DNA of 64,000 nucleotides from Paracoccaceae bacterium (lineage in GTDB: Bacteria > Pseudomonadota > Alphaproteobacteria > Rhodobacterales > Rhodobacteraceae). Below the pieces are notes generated by a model, which worked only from the letters and a program-made list of their open reading frames with translations, searched no databases and had not been told where the DNA came from. Below, in pieces: positions 55,443 through 64,000 of the stretch (positions within the stretch are counted from its first letter, which is position 1; the number at the start of each line of letters is the position of its first letter). Both the position numbers and the translations under genes were made by a program. Where the stretch lies: assembly GCA_002402045.2 (NCBI GenBank), contig NVUX02000006.1, forward strand, positions 49,095-113,094, given 5' to 3'.

Positions 55443-56969
55443 CTAAAAAAATGACCCTTGGTCGCTTTCCGGTTTTTTGGGCGCAGGTTTAGGCTTGGGC
55501 GCGCCAAGCTTCAGCCGCCCATCTGCAAATTCCAGCTCAATTTGGCTGGCTTTCTTTGCAGATTTCACATTCGTAATCACCGCGCCTTCGCAGCGCACTA
55601 TGGCAAACCCCCGCTTAAGCGTGTTCTTATAATCCAGGCTCTGGCGCGTGCGCTCCAACCCCTCCAGCCGTTGCTTCCAGCTTTTAAGCTGCTGCTGCCC
55701 GCTCCGGCTCATCCGGGCGCTTATGCTGCCAAGGCTTTGGCCTTTATGCGCAATTTCGCGCCTTAACGGCGCAGCACGCAGGGTATGGCGGCTTAAATAC
55801 AGCCGTTTTTGCACTGTCAGCGCCAACAGCGCGCGTGGAAGCTGCGGGGCCAATGCCCCCAAGCGCGCCCGCCGGATTTGCACATCTTGTGCCAGCATCA
55901 TGGGCTTTAGCGTTGCGCGTGTAAGCCGCAATTTTTTTTGCTGCACAAAGCCCAGCAGAGCTTGCGGCAAACGCATGGCCAATCCGTCAAGCCTTTGCTG
56001 CCGCTCGCTTAAAATTGCATCAGCCCGTGGCAGGGCGCGGGAGAGGTCTCGCAAACGCTGCCCGCCAAGCGCCAGCTTACGCGCCATCGCCACAACGCGG
56101 CGCGCCTCAAGTGCTGCCAGTGTCGCCAAAAGCTCAGACCGCACAGGCACCGCCATTTCAGCGGCGGCAGTGGGTGTGGGTGCACGGCGATCAGCGGCAT
56201 AATCAACCAGCGTGGTATCGGTCTCGTGCCCCACCGCCGTGATCACCGGAATTTCGCTTTCTGCCACCGCCCGAACAACGGCTTCCTCGTTAAAGCCCCA
56301 AAGGTCTTCCAGCGAGCCACCGCCCCGCGCCACGATTAAAACATCAGGCCGCGGCAAGGCCCCTCCCGGCGTAAGGGCGTTAAACCCGCGCACCGCGGCG
56401 GCCACTTCGGCTTCGCATTTGGGCCCCTGCATCACCGCAGGCCAAACCAGCACCTTGCGCGGAAAGCGCGCCCGAAGCCTATGAAGAATATCACGAATAA
56501 CCGCGCCCGAAGGGGAGGTAATAACCCCGATCACCTCAGGCAGATAGGGCAGCGCCTGCTTCCTATCTGCCGAAAAAAGCCCCTCCTCCGCCAGCGCGGC
56601 CTTGCGCTTTTCAAGCATCGCCATCAGCGCTCCCACGCCCGCGGGTGCGATGTGTTCGATCACCAATTGATAGCGGCTTTGGCCCGGAAATGTCGTCAGC
56701 CGCCCCGTGGCTATTACCTCCATGCCGGCCTCTGGCTGGTGGGCCAGCTTGCTTGCCACGCCCTTCCAAATCACGCTCGCCAACACCGCACGGTCATCTT
56801 TGAGATCAAGGTAAAGGTGGCCCGATGCGGGCCGGGACACGCGACCAACTTCACCCCGCACACGCACATGGGCAAACTCGCCCTCAACCACGCGCTTCAC
56901 CGCCCCCGAAAGTTGCGAGACACTCAGCGCAGGGGCGTTCCCCTCGTCATCATCAAATAAGTCTGACAT
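55443..56969 (-). CDS. xseA: exodeoxyribonuclease VII large subunit
   Basis: The start is moved to ATG 56969 ([32 protein letters not shown]). OB-fold N-terminus, catalytic region ([25 protein letters not shown]) and a long helical C-terminus. Confidence 0.9.
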   Translation of the reverse strand: MSDLFDDDEGNAPALSVSQLSGAVKRVVEGEFAHVRVRGEVGRVSRPASGHLYLDLKDDRAVLASVIWKGVASKLAHQPEAGMEVIATGRLTTFPGQSRYQLVIEHIAPAGVGALMAMLEKRKAALAEEGLFSADRKQALPYLPEVIGVITSPSGAVIRDILHRLRARFPRKVLVWPAVMQGPKCEAEVAAAVRGFNALTPGGALPRPDVLIVARGGGSLEDLWGFNEEAVVRAVAESEIPVITAVGHETDTTLVDYAADRRAPTPTAAAEMAVPVRSELLATLAALEARRVVAMARKLALGGQRLRDLSRALPRADAILSERQQRLDGLAMRLPQALLGFVQQKKLRLTRATLKPMMLAQDVQIRRARLGALAPQLPRALLALTVQKRLYLSRHTLRAAPLRREIAHKGQSLGSISARMSRSGQQQLKSWKQRLEGLERTRQSLDYKNTLKRGFAIVRCEGAVITNVKSAKKASQIELEFADGRLKLGAPKPKPAPKKPESDQGSFF

Positions 56970-57043
56970 ATTGCCCACTTGTAACTGCGTTTGTGCCACC
57001 TTAAAACGACAACAAGAAAAACCCAAGCGCATCGGAGCGGATT

Positions 57044-58288
57044 GTGAAAATTTTGATTCTGGGTGGCGGCGGGCGCGAACACGCGCTGGCGTGGGCGATC
57101 AGCCAAAATCCAAAATGCACAGCGCTGCTTTGCGCCCCCGGCAATGCAGGCATTGCTGATGTGGCCGAATGCATAGCTTTGGATATTGAAGACGGTGCCG
57201 CTGTAGCCGCTTTTGCCACCGCGCAAAAAGTTGATTTTGTGGTCATAGGCCCCGAAGGCCCACTCGCGGTTGGTGTTGCCGACGCGGTGCGCGGTGCCGG
57301 CATTATATGCTTTGGCCCCGGGGCCGATGCCGCCCATCTGGAATCATCCAAGAGCTTCACCAAAGAAATTTGCGCAGCCTGCGGTGCACCCACCGCAGAT
57401 TCTGCCTTTTTCACAGATCTTGAAAAAGCCCGCGCTCATATCAATGCCACCGGCGCCCCGATTGTAATAAAGGCCGACGGATTGGCCGCCGGCAAAGGCG
57501 TGACCGTGGCCATGGAGCTTTCAGAGGCGCTCGCTGCCGTGGAGGACATTTTTGATGCCCACGGCGCGGCGGTTCTGATTGAGGAATTTATGGAGGGCGA
57601 GGAGGCCAGCTTCTTTGTGCTTTCTGACGGCAAAACCGCCCTTCCCATGGGCAGCGCCCAAGACCACAAGCGCGCCTTTGATGGCGATAAAGGCCCTAAT
57701 ACCGGCGGCATGGGGGCCTATTCCCCCGCACCAGTCATGACCCCCGCTGTCACGCAAAAAGCGATGGATGAAATAGTTCAGCCCACACTTGATGAAATGG
57801 CCAAGCGCGGCACGCCGTTTCAGGGCGTGCTGTTTGTTGGCCTTATGATCAAAAATGGCCAGCCTAGGCTAATAGAATATAACGTTCGCTTCGGAGACCC
57901 GGAAATTCAGGCCATCGCCATGCGGCTTGGCGGGCAAGTGCTGGATCTTTTGCTGGCAACGGCCGAAGGCACATTGGCCGACGCAACCGTGAACTGGGCC
58001 GATGACCATGCCCTTGCGATTGTGATGGCCGCCAAAGGCTACCCCGGCACCTATGCCAAGGGCGATACCATCGGCGGGCTGGGCGAACGTTCGCCGCAAG
58101 TTAAGGTCTTTCATGCGGGCACAGCAAAATCAGGAGATGACATCGTCTCCAATGGTGGCCGCGTGCTGGCTATAACCGCGCGGGGAGAAACGCTAAAAGA
58201 TGCCCATGCCCGCGCCTATGCCCGCCTAAAGCGCATAAACTGGCCAAACGGCTTCGCCCGCTCCGACATCGGCTGGCGCGCGCTTTAG
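57044..58288 (+). CDS. purD: phosphoribosylamine-glycine ligase
   Basis: 414 aa with a GTG start. [20 protein letters not shown]-grasp motifs, GGRVLAITA. Confidence 0.9.
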   Translation: MKILILGGGGREHALAWAISQNPKCTALLCAPGNAGIADVAECIALDIEDGAAVAAFATAQKVDFVVIGPEGPLAVGVADAVRGAGIICFGPGADAAHLESSKSFTKEICAACGAPTADSAFFTDLEKARAHINATGAPIVIKADGLAAGKGVTVAMELSEALAAVEDIFDAHGAAVLIEEFMEGEEASFFVLSDGKTALPMGSAQDHKRAFDGDKGPNTGGMGAYSPAPVMTPAVTQKAMDEIVQPTLDEMAKRGTPFQGVLFVGLMIKNGQPRLIEYNVRFGDPEIQAIAMRLGGQVLDLLLATAEGTLADATVNWADDHALAIVMAAKGYPGTYAKGDTIGGLGERSPQVKVFHAGTAKSGDDIVSNGGRVLAITARGETLKDAHARAYARLKRINWPNGFARSDIGWRAL

Positions 58289-58374
58289 CAAGTATGAGGC
58301 AGCTGGCCATACAAGCATCTGTCGACCTGACTAGCCCTTAGTTTCCTAGGCGCTGTGTGCTAGCATTTTTGTGG

Positions 58375-58720
58375 TTTTTCAAACTAGACGGGCGACAGCA
58401 TCCTATTTCCAGTGTGTTTTCGTTTGGATTTCAGAGCAGTTCGATGCAATCGAACACATATCGCCCAGCATCTTCTCTGGTTTTGTAAAATCGCCGCCTG
58501 ATGCGCCCCCCGTTTCAGCGGATTGACAAAGCCTTCGGCCTCGGCGTTATCTTGACAGTATCCGTGACGGCTCATGTATTGCCCGACAGGCTATGCAAAC
58601 CATCGCTGAGAGGGCTGTGTTCCAGATGCTAGTGCTTTAGAAAGGATGCCCATTCCAAGCTGGTGAATTCTGCGCCTTGATCCAAGTGGATTAGCATCTG
58701 GCCTTTGGTTTGCAGGTCTG
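58375..58720 (-). pseudogene. IS3-family transposase OrfB C-terminal fragment (frameshifted)
   Basis: Minus-strand pieces read ..HLDQGAEFTS.., SRHGYCQDNAEAEGFVNPLK and ..RRFYKTREDAGRYVFDCIELL.NPN.., matching DDE integrase-core C-terminal motifs (HSDRGSQYTS; SR.GNCWDNA.AESFF..LK; FdYIE.fYN) but in different frames. Confidence 0.65.
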
Positions 58721-59059
58721 AATGTCTTCTAATGGTCGTGGCCGCAATATTTTGCTCTTTAGGTTCAATTTGCTTTGCGTTTGGGGCAATATTGCCTGAC
58801 TAACCGTGTCACTAAATTCAACAGTAGCGCTCGATGCGTTTAAAATTCAAATGACGTCCGACACATTTACCTTTTGCGAACACCCTGAAAGGTATTGATG
58901 ATTTGGGTCTTTGAAGCCCTTATTTCCGGCTGAAGGATGTTTGCTCAGAAAATGCTAGCGCAAGTCTAAAAGAGTCTTGCATGGGGGGAGCTGAGAATGT
59001 CTGCTCCGTGTAGCCTTGTTCTTCCGGCACTCACGCTGCATTGCGTCTAGTTCGCCGCT

Positions 59060-59758
59060 TTAGCTTCTTGGGTCGTCAATCAGCGGTGTGGGTTTAGCGA
59101 GCGTTTTAAGATCATCCGGTTTAGTGATCTTGACGGATTGGCCGGATATTTCCACCCCATATGGCCGCAAAGCTTTGATCGAGCGCGACAGGTTTTCCGG
59201 TGTCATGCCAAGTATCGAAGCCAGCCGCCTTTTTTCAAGCGGTAAGCTAAACTGGCTGTTTCCGCCCAGTTTTTTTTGCCATTTCAATAGATAATTTGCC
59301 AGCCGTTCAACAGAGGTGCGCAACTTCAACCCCTTCACCCCCTTGACGACCCCTCGGTAGCAATAGGCCAGCTCCATCACCACCGCGCGGGCAAAGGCGT
59401 GGTCTTTCTCAAACACGCGGCGTACGTCTTCGGCGGGCAGCATGATAATCCGCGAGCGCTCCAACGTGCGGCCTGACATCAGGTTGGGCGCATCGCGTAT
59501 GGCGGCGGCCAATATAAATGTCGCGCCTTCGCGCAATATGGTCATGGCTGTTTCCCGGTCGCTCCAGTTGGCGAAAAGCTCTACTGTGCCATCCACAACA
59601 ATGTGCAAGAAGTCACATTGGTCGCCCTCCACAATCAATTCCATATTGGGCGGAAAGTTTTGCACATAAGCTCCGCGCACCAACTCCGTAAAGCTTTCAT
59701 CCGCCATTTCACGGAAAAGCGGAAGAGATCGAATCGCTGGAATATCACTATCACGCAT
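59060..59758 (-). CDS. Crp/Fnr-family regulator without N-terminal Cys cluster (NarR/Dnr-like), divergent from narK
   Basis: The start is moved to ATG 59758 (MRDSDIPAIRSLPLFREM). cNMP-binding-like domain. Recognition helix PENLSRSIKAL (E--SR). An FNR box lies 22 nt upstream. Confidence 0.8.
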   Translation of the reverse strand: MRDSDIPAIRSLPLFREMADESFTELVRGAYVQNFPPNMELIVEGDQCDFLHIVVDGTVELFANWSDRETAMTILREGATFILAAAIRDAPNLMSGRTLERSRIIMLPAEDVRRVFEKDHAFARAVVMELAYCYRGVVKGVKGLKLRTSVERLANYLLKWQKKLGGNSQFSLPLEKRRLASILGMTPENLSRSIKALRPYGVEISGQSVKITKPDDLKTLAKPTPLIDDPRS

Positions 59759-59779
59759 AAAAGACTCACTTATTATCGC

Positions 59780-59793
59780 TTGACATTTATCAA
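59780..59793. promoter_or_regulatory. FNR-type box TTGAC-ATTT-ATCAA
   Basis: 9 of 10 match to TTGAT-N4-ATCAA, with an extended palindrome CGCTTGAC/ATCAAGCG. Immediately upstream of the NarR-like gene. Confidence 0.65.
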
Positions 59794-59915
59794 GCGAAAC
59801 GAGGGCAAATGTCAATACTTGGCACGATCATTATTGTTTGGCCGCGCAAACAATAGCCGCTAATGGCATGACAAATATAGCCAACTCACTTATTTCGTTA
59901 AGTAATTTTGCTTTA

Positions 59916-59929
59916 TTGACCTACATCAA
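59916..59929. promoter_or_regulatory. FNR-type box TTGAC-CTAC-ATCAA upstream of narK
   Basis: 9 of 10 match to the FNR consensus, about 95 nt upstream of the narK ATG (60022). Confidence 0.65.
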
Positions 59930-60021
59930 AAAATATCAGCGAGATTCAGCCCACAACGTACCCAGTGGCGCAACCACGTTTTAAATCAAAAGCTGCGCTT
60001 TCTTTAGTTGGGGACAATCAA

Positions 60022-61479
60022 ATGGAAATTCAAAATAAGGCCACAAGTCTTTGGGGAAACTTCTTCAAAGTAACCAAGGTGCAAATCAGAACCTTCCATA
60101 TGACATGGTTTGCGTTCTTTGCTGCTTTCTTTGCATGGTTCGGCATTGCGCCACTCATGATCATCGTTCGCGACGAGCTGGACCTGACCAAATCACAAGT
60201 GGGCTGGAGCATCATCGCCTCGGTTTCCGTAACGGTGTTTGCGCGCTTCTTTATCGGCTGGCTGTGTGACAGGATCGGGCCAAGGCTCGCTTATACCGGG
60301 CTGCTGATGGTCGGGGCCTTTCCGGTGGCGGGCATTGCGCTGGCCAACAGCTTTGAGAGCTTCCTGTTCTTCCGCCTACTCATCGGCATCATCGGGGCTT
60401 CGTTTGTGATTACGCAATATCACACAACGGTCATGTTTGCGCCAAACGTGGTGGGCACGGCTAATGCAACCAGCGCAGGCTGGGGCAACTTGGGCGGCGG
60501 TGTTACGCAGATCGTCATGCCGCTGATTTTTGCGGGTTTGGTGATCCTCTTTGCCTCTGTAAGTGGTGTAGAAGTCACCGATATAAACGACGCCCCCGCA
60601 GAAATTAAAGCCATGGCGTGGCGTGCGTCGATGATTGCCGTTGGTGTCGTGATCTTCTTTGTCGGCATTGCTTACTATTTCATGACGCAAGATGCGCCGG
60701 ATGGCAGCTTTAAAGAGCTGCGCGCCCAAGGTAAATTGCCACCAAAAACCAAGGTGACCGGCGAGTATTTCAAAGCCCTCAAGGATTACCGCGTTTGGGT
60801 GCTGTTCCTGATCTATGGTGCCTGTTTCGGCATTGAGCTAACAGTGAACAACACCGCCGCGCTCTACTTTTATGACTACTTCGACGTGGGCCTTGTGGCT
60901 GCTGGCGCTATCGCGGCCTCATTCGGCCTGATGAACATTTTCGCCCGTACTTTGGGCGGGATATTCGGCGATAACTTCGGGCAGCTCTGGGGCTTGAAAG
61001 GCCGCGCATTCTGGCTGTTTATTGTGCTGCTCGGCGAAGGCATCGCGCTGATGATCTTTAGCCAGATGAGCGTTTTGTTCCTTGCCATTCCAATGCTGAT
61101 TGTGTTCTCGCTGTTTACCCAAATGGCTGAAGGCGCGACCTATTCAGTGGTGCCGTTCATCAACAAAAAAGCACTCGGCGCGGTGGCCGGTGTGGTGGGC
61201 GCGGGCGGCAATGCCGGCGCGGTGGCTGCGGGCTTCCTGTTTAAGGGCGAGATGGAATGGAACGACGTGTTTTTCACCATCGGTGTGGTGGTGGCCATCG
61301 CCTCCTTCCTGACCTTCTTTCTGAAATTCTCACCAGAACAAGAAGCCGAAGAAAAAGCACTGTTTGAAAAAGCCAGCCTGAACGAGCTGCAACTCAAGGC
61401 TGACAGAGCCAACGAGGCGCTGGAGGCTTCAGCCCAGATTATCGCTGACTACAACGCGTCTCACGAAAAGCAAGTTTAA
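60022..61479 (+). CDS. narK: nitrate/nitrite MFS transporter NarK (first of two)
   Basis: The start is moved to ATG 60022 (MEIQNKATSLWGNFF), which follows a GGGGA RBS. 12-TM MFS with nitrate-signature-like glycine-rich segments (GWGNLGGGVTQ, AGGNAGAVAAG). Confidence 0.85.
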   Translation: MEIQNKATSLWGNFFKVTKVQIRTFHMTWFAFFAAFFAWFGIAPLMIIVRDELDLTKSQVGWSIIASVSVTVFARFFIGWLCDRIGPRLAYTGLLMVGAFPVAGIALANSFESFLFFRLLIGIIGASFVITQYHTTVMFAPNVVGTANATSAGWGNLGGGVTQIVMPLIFAGLVILFASVSGVEVTDINDAPAEIKAMAWRASMIAVGVVIFFVGIAYYFMTQDAPDGSFKELRAQGKLPPKTKVTGEYFKALKDYRVWVLFLIYGACFGIELTVNNTAALYFYDYFDVGLVAAGAIAASFGLMNIFARTLGGIFGDNFGQLWGLKGRAFWLFIVLLGEGIALMIFSQMSVLFLAIPMLIVFSLFTQMAEGATYSVVPFINKKALGAVAGVVGAGGNAGAVAAGFLFKGEMEWNDVFFTIGVVVAIASFLTFFLKFSPEQEAEEKALFEKASLNELQLKADRANEALEASAQIIADYNASHEKQV

Positions 61480-61539
61480 CCAAAAAACTGGCAGGGCGTG
61501 CGCGCCCTGCCCAAACCGAACCATACGAGGAGACTTAAA

Positions 61540-63156
61540 TTGGGAAAAGATCTAAGAAACTGGAACCCGGACGACGAGAAGTTCTGGGCATCCACCGGCA
61601 AATCCATTGCCACCCGCAACCTGTGGATATCCATCCCCTCCCTGCTCAGCGGCTTTGCCGTTTGGCTTTACTGGGGCATTATCACGGTACAAATGATCAA
61701 CCTCGGCTTTGATTTTGAAAAATCACAGCTGTTTACCTTGGGCGCTATCGCCGGCCTTACCGGCGCTACGCTGCGCATTCCCTCCACCTTCTTTATCCGC
61801 ATCGCGGGTGGCCGAAATACCATTTTCTTCACCACCGCTTTGCTGATGATCCCGGCCATTGGCGCCGGTATCGCGCTGCAAAACAAAGATACGCCGCTCT
61901 GGGTCTTCCAGCTGCTCGCGCTTCTTTCCGGCATTGGTGGCGGTAACTTCGCGTCTTCCATGTCCAATATCAGTTTTTTCTATCCGAAAAAGATTTTGGG
62001 CTACGCACTGGGTATGAACGCTGGCTTGGGTAACTTTGGCGTTACCACCATGCAGATCGTCATTCCACTGGTGATGACCTTTGGTATTTTTGGCGGCGAA
62101 GCCATGATTTTGGAGCAGGCTTCCGGCACGTTGGTTGGTAAAATTCCGGCTGGCACCGAAACCTATATTCACAATGCTGGCTATGTGTGGCTGGTGCTGC
62201 TCATTCCGCTGGCCGTGCTTGGCTGGTTTGGCATGAACAACATTCGGGACGAGCATGTTTCGCCGATTATCCCGAACCCAATTGGCGCGTTCGCGATTAT
62301 GACCGGCATGCTGCTGATCGGCTTTGTGACTGCGGCTTTCGGCCTGTGGCTAATGCTGCCTACCGTGCCCGGTGGGCTGAGCATGTCTGGCATTGGGCTT
62401 TCAAAATGGGCGGTGTTGCCGATTGTGATCGTTCTCACTGTTGTGCTGCTTAAAATGATCCCCGGCGCGGTTGGCCAAAACCTGACCCGCCAATACAAGA
62501 TCTTTGGCAATAAGCACACATGGGCCATGACCGTGATTTACATCATGACCTTTGGCTCGTTCATCGGCTATTCAGCTGCGCTACCCCTAACCATTAAAGT
62601 GGTTTTCGGCTTCCAGCACGGCATGATCGACGGTGTTATGAACCACGATGTGCTAAACCCTGCTGGGCCTTCTGCCCTAATGTGGGCTTGGATGGGGCCA
62701 TTTATTGGCGCGCTTATTCGCCCAATTGGCGGCATGATGGCCGATAAATTTGGCGGCGCCCGCGTCACCCAATATATCTCGTTTGTGATGGTTGGCTCGG
62801 CTATTGGCCTCGCCTACATCCTGCAGCAGGCTTACGCGTCCACCACGCCGCAAGATTACTTTGTGCCGTTCATGGGCTTATTCCTGCTGTTGTTTGCCGC
62901 CACCGGTATTGGCAACGGCTCTACCTTCCGCACCATCGCGATTGTGTTTGATAAAGAGCAAACCGGCCCTGTGCTGGGTTGGACATCGGCCGTCGCTGCC
63001 TACGGTGCTTTCATCATCCCCAAAGTGTTTGGTGAGCAGATGGGCGCGGGCACACCAGAGCTAGCCCTCTATGGCTTCGCTGCATTCTATACTTTGTGTA
63101 TCGCCATCAACTGGTGGTTCTACATGCGGCCAAATGCCTATGTGAAAAACCCATAA
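61540..63156 (+). CDS. narK: nitrate/nitrite MFS transporter NarK (second of two, NarK2-like)
   Basis: MFS with NarK-type segments (GIGGGNFASSM, GNFGVTTMQ, TGIGNGSTF). The preferred start is TTG 61540, after the GAGGAG RBS. The GTG 61498 start of the track ORF lies inside a GC hairpin. Confidence 0.8.
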   Translation: MGKDLRNWNPDDEKFWASTGKSIATRNLWISIPSLLSGFAVWLYWGIITVQMINLGFDFEKSQLFTLGAIAGLTGATLRIPSTFFIRIAGGRNTIFFTTALLMIPAIGAGIALQNKDTPLWVFQLLALLSGIGGGNFASSMSNISFFYPKKILGYALGMNAGLGNFGVTTMQIVIPLVMTFGIFGGEAMILEQASGTLVGKIPAGTETYIHNAGYVWLVLLIPLAVLGWFGMNNIRDEHVSPIIPNPIGAFAIMTGMLLIGFVTAAFGLWLMLPTVPGGLSMSGIGLSKWAVLPIVIVLTVVLLKMIPGAVGQNLTRQYKIFGNKHTWAMTVIYIMTFGSFIGYSAALPLTIKVVFGFQHGMIDGVMNHDVLNPAGPSALMWAWMGPFIGALIRPIGGMMADKFGGARVTQYISFVMVGSAIGLAYILQQAYASTTPQDYFVPFMGLFLLLFAATGIGNGSTFRTIAIVFDKEQTGPVLGWTSAVAAYGAFIIPKVFGEQMGAGTPELALYGFAAFYTLCIAINWWFYMRPNAYVKNP

Positions 63157-63222
63157 AACCAATTTCCTGCTCCGGTATTCGCCGGGGCAGGCCCTACAAA
63201 AAGAATTCTGAGGAGAGACCCC

Positions 63223-64000
63223 ATGAGCCACCTGCTCGACCGCTTGAATTTCTTCCAGCAAAAACGGCTGGATACCTTTTCTGATGGCCACGGCGAGACC
63301 ACCCGCGAAAACCGCGATTGGGAAGACGTCTACCGTAACCGCTGGCGCCATGATAAAGTTGTGCGCTCCACCCACGGGGTGAATTGCACCGGCTCTTGCT
63401 CATGGAAAATCTACGTTAAATCCGGTATCGTAACCTGGGAAACCCAGCAAACCGATTACCCCCGCACCCGCCCGGATATGCCCAACCACGAGCCACGCGG
63501 CTGCCAACGCGGCGCGAGCTATAGCTGGTATTTGTATTCCGCCAACCGCGTGAAAAACCCGCTGATCCGTGGCACGATGCTAAAGTCCTACCGCAAATAT
63601 CGCGCCACCATGAACGCCACCGCTGCATGGAAAGCCTTGCAACAAGATAAACCGGCCCGCGATGCCTATACCAAAACCCGTGGTAAAGGCGGCTTTGTGC
63701 GCGCCACATGGGACGAGGCCAACGAAATCATCGCCGCCGCCAACGCCTATACCACCAAAGAATACGGCCCCGACCGCGTGTTTGGCTTCTCGCCCATTCC
63801 CGCCATGTCTATGGTTTCCTACGCTGCCGGCTCCCGCTACCTAAGCCTGATGGGCGGCACCGTTATGTCGTTTTATGATTGGTATTGTGACCTACCACCC
63901 GCCTCGCCAATGACATGGGGCGAGCAAACCGACGTGCCCGAAAGCGCCGACTGGTATAATGCGGGCTACCTGCTGATTTGGGGTTCTAACGTGCCGCAAA
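63223..64000 (+). CDS. narG: respiratory nitrate reductase alpha subunit NarG, N-terminal 259 codons (3' end beyond window; absent from ORF track)
   Basis: From ATG 63223, after a GAGGAGAG RBS: [14 protein letters not shown]...[48 protein letters not shown]...[11 protein letters not shown]. This is the NarG N-terminal H/C-x3-C-x3-C FS0 cluster motif. The frame is open to the window end. Confidence 0.9.
   Translation, partial: MSHLLDRLNFFQQKRLDTFSDGHGETTRENRDWEDVYRNRWRHDKVVRSTHGVNCTGSCSWKIYVKSGIVTWETQQTDYPRTRPDMPNHEPRGCQRGASYSWYLYSANRVKNPLIRGTMLKSYRKYRATMNATAAWKALQQDKPARDAYTKTRGKGGFVRATWDEANEIIAAANAYTTKEYGPDRVFGFSPIPAMSMVSYAAGSRYLSLMGGTVMSFYDWYCDLPPASPMTWGEQTDVPESADWYNAGYLLIWGSNVPQ

Overview
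This 64-kb window looks like a chromosomal segment of a moderately GC-rich alphaproteobacterium, with Rhodobacterales-like gene content. That assignment is inferred from gene content only. Coding density is high and most of the window is recognisable metabolism.

Recognisable content, in order:
- tadA 3' end, a GlxA-type regulator, msrB, phoB and LysR regulators.
- A seven-gene iron-uptake operon on the minus strand: HemP, an unknown Cys protein, imelysin, DUF1111 di-haem protein, imelysin, DUF1513 and di-haem peroxidase.
- A complete myo-inositol catabolic locus: iolBEDC, an inositol ABC transporter, RpiR-type iolR, two dehydrogenases and mmsA/iolA.
- A sorbitol/mannitol locus: smoEFG, smoS, an AraC regulator, mtlK and smoK.
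- azoR, an FNR-like regulator, and a cobalamin riboswitch driving cbtB-cbtA. cbtB is 56 aa and is missing from the ORF track.
- rhlE, ccmCDG, yciB, a DMT transporter, ftsY, a NuoE/NuoF-fusion protein, xseA and purD.
- The start of a respiratory nitrate reductase island: a NarR-like regulator, two narK genes and the narG 5' end, which runs off the window and is not in the ORF track.

Three patches are decayed mobile DNA (about 8.46-10.1 kb, 39.25-41.86 kb and 58.3-59.06 kb), carrying IS3 and IS6 fragments and frameshifted genes.

Best candidates for undescribed biology:
1. A translationally coupled five-gene operon at 1928-5377: a Cys-containing periplasmic protein, ExbB, ExbD, ExbD and a TonB-like S-x3-H anchor with a non-TonB C-terminal domain. 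No outer-membrane receptor lies nearby.
2. A 155-aa Cys-motif protein translationally coupled to hemP at the head of the iron operon.
3. Three tandem paralogous small secreted Cys proteins at 54.1-55.4 kb.
4. A lower-GC pair at 47.7-49.7 kb encoding a coiled-coil protein and a MidA-like methyltransferase-TPR protein.
5. A two-copy structured GC-rich intergenic element at about 1.7 kb and 46.0 kb.

All coordinates were counted by hand. No database search or HMM was run.
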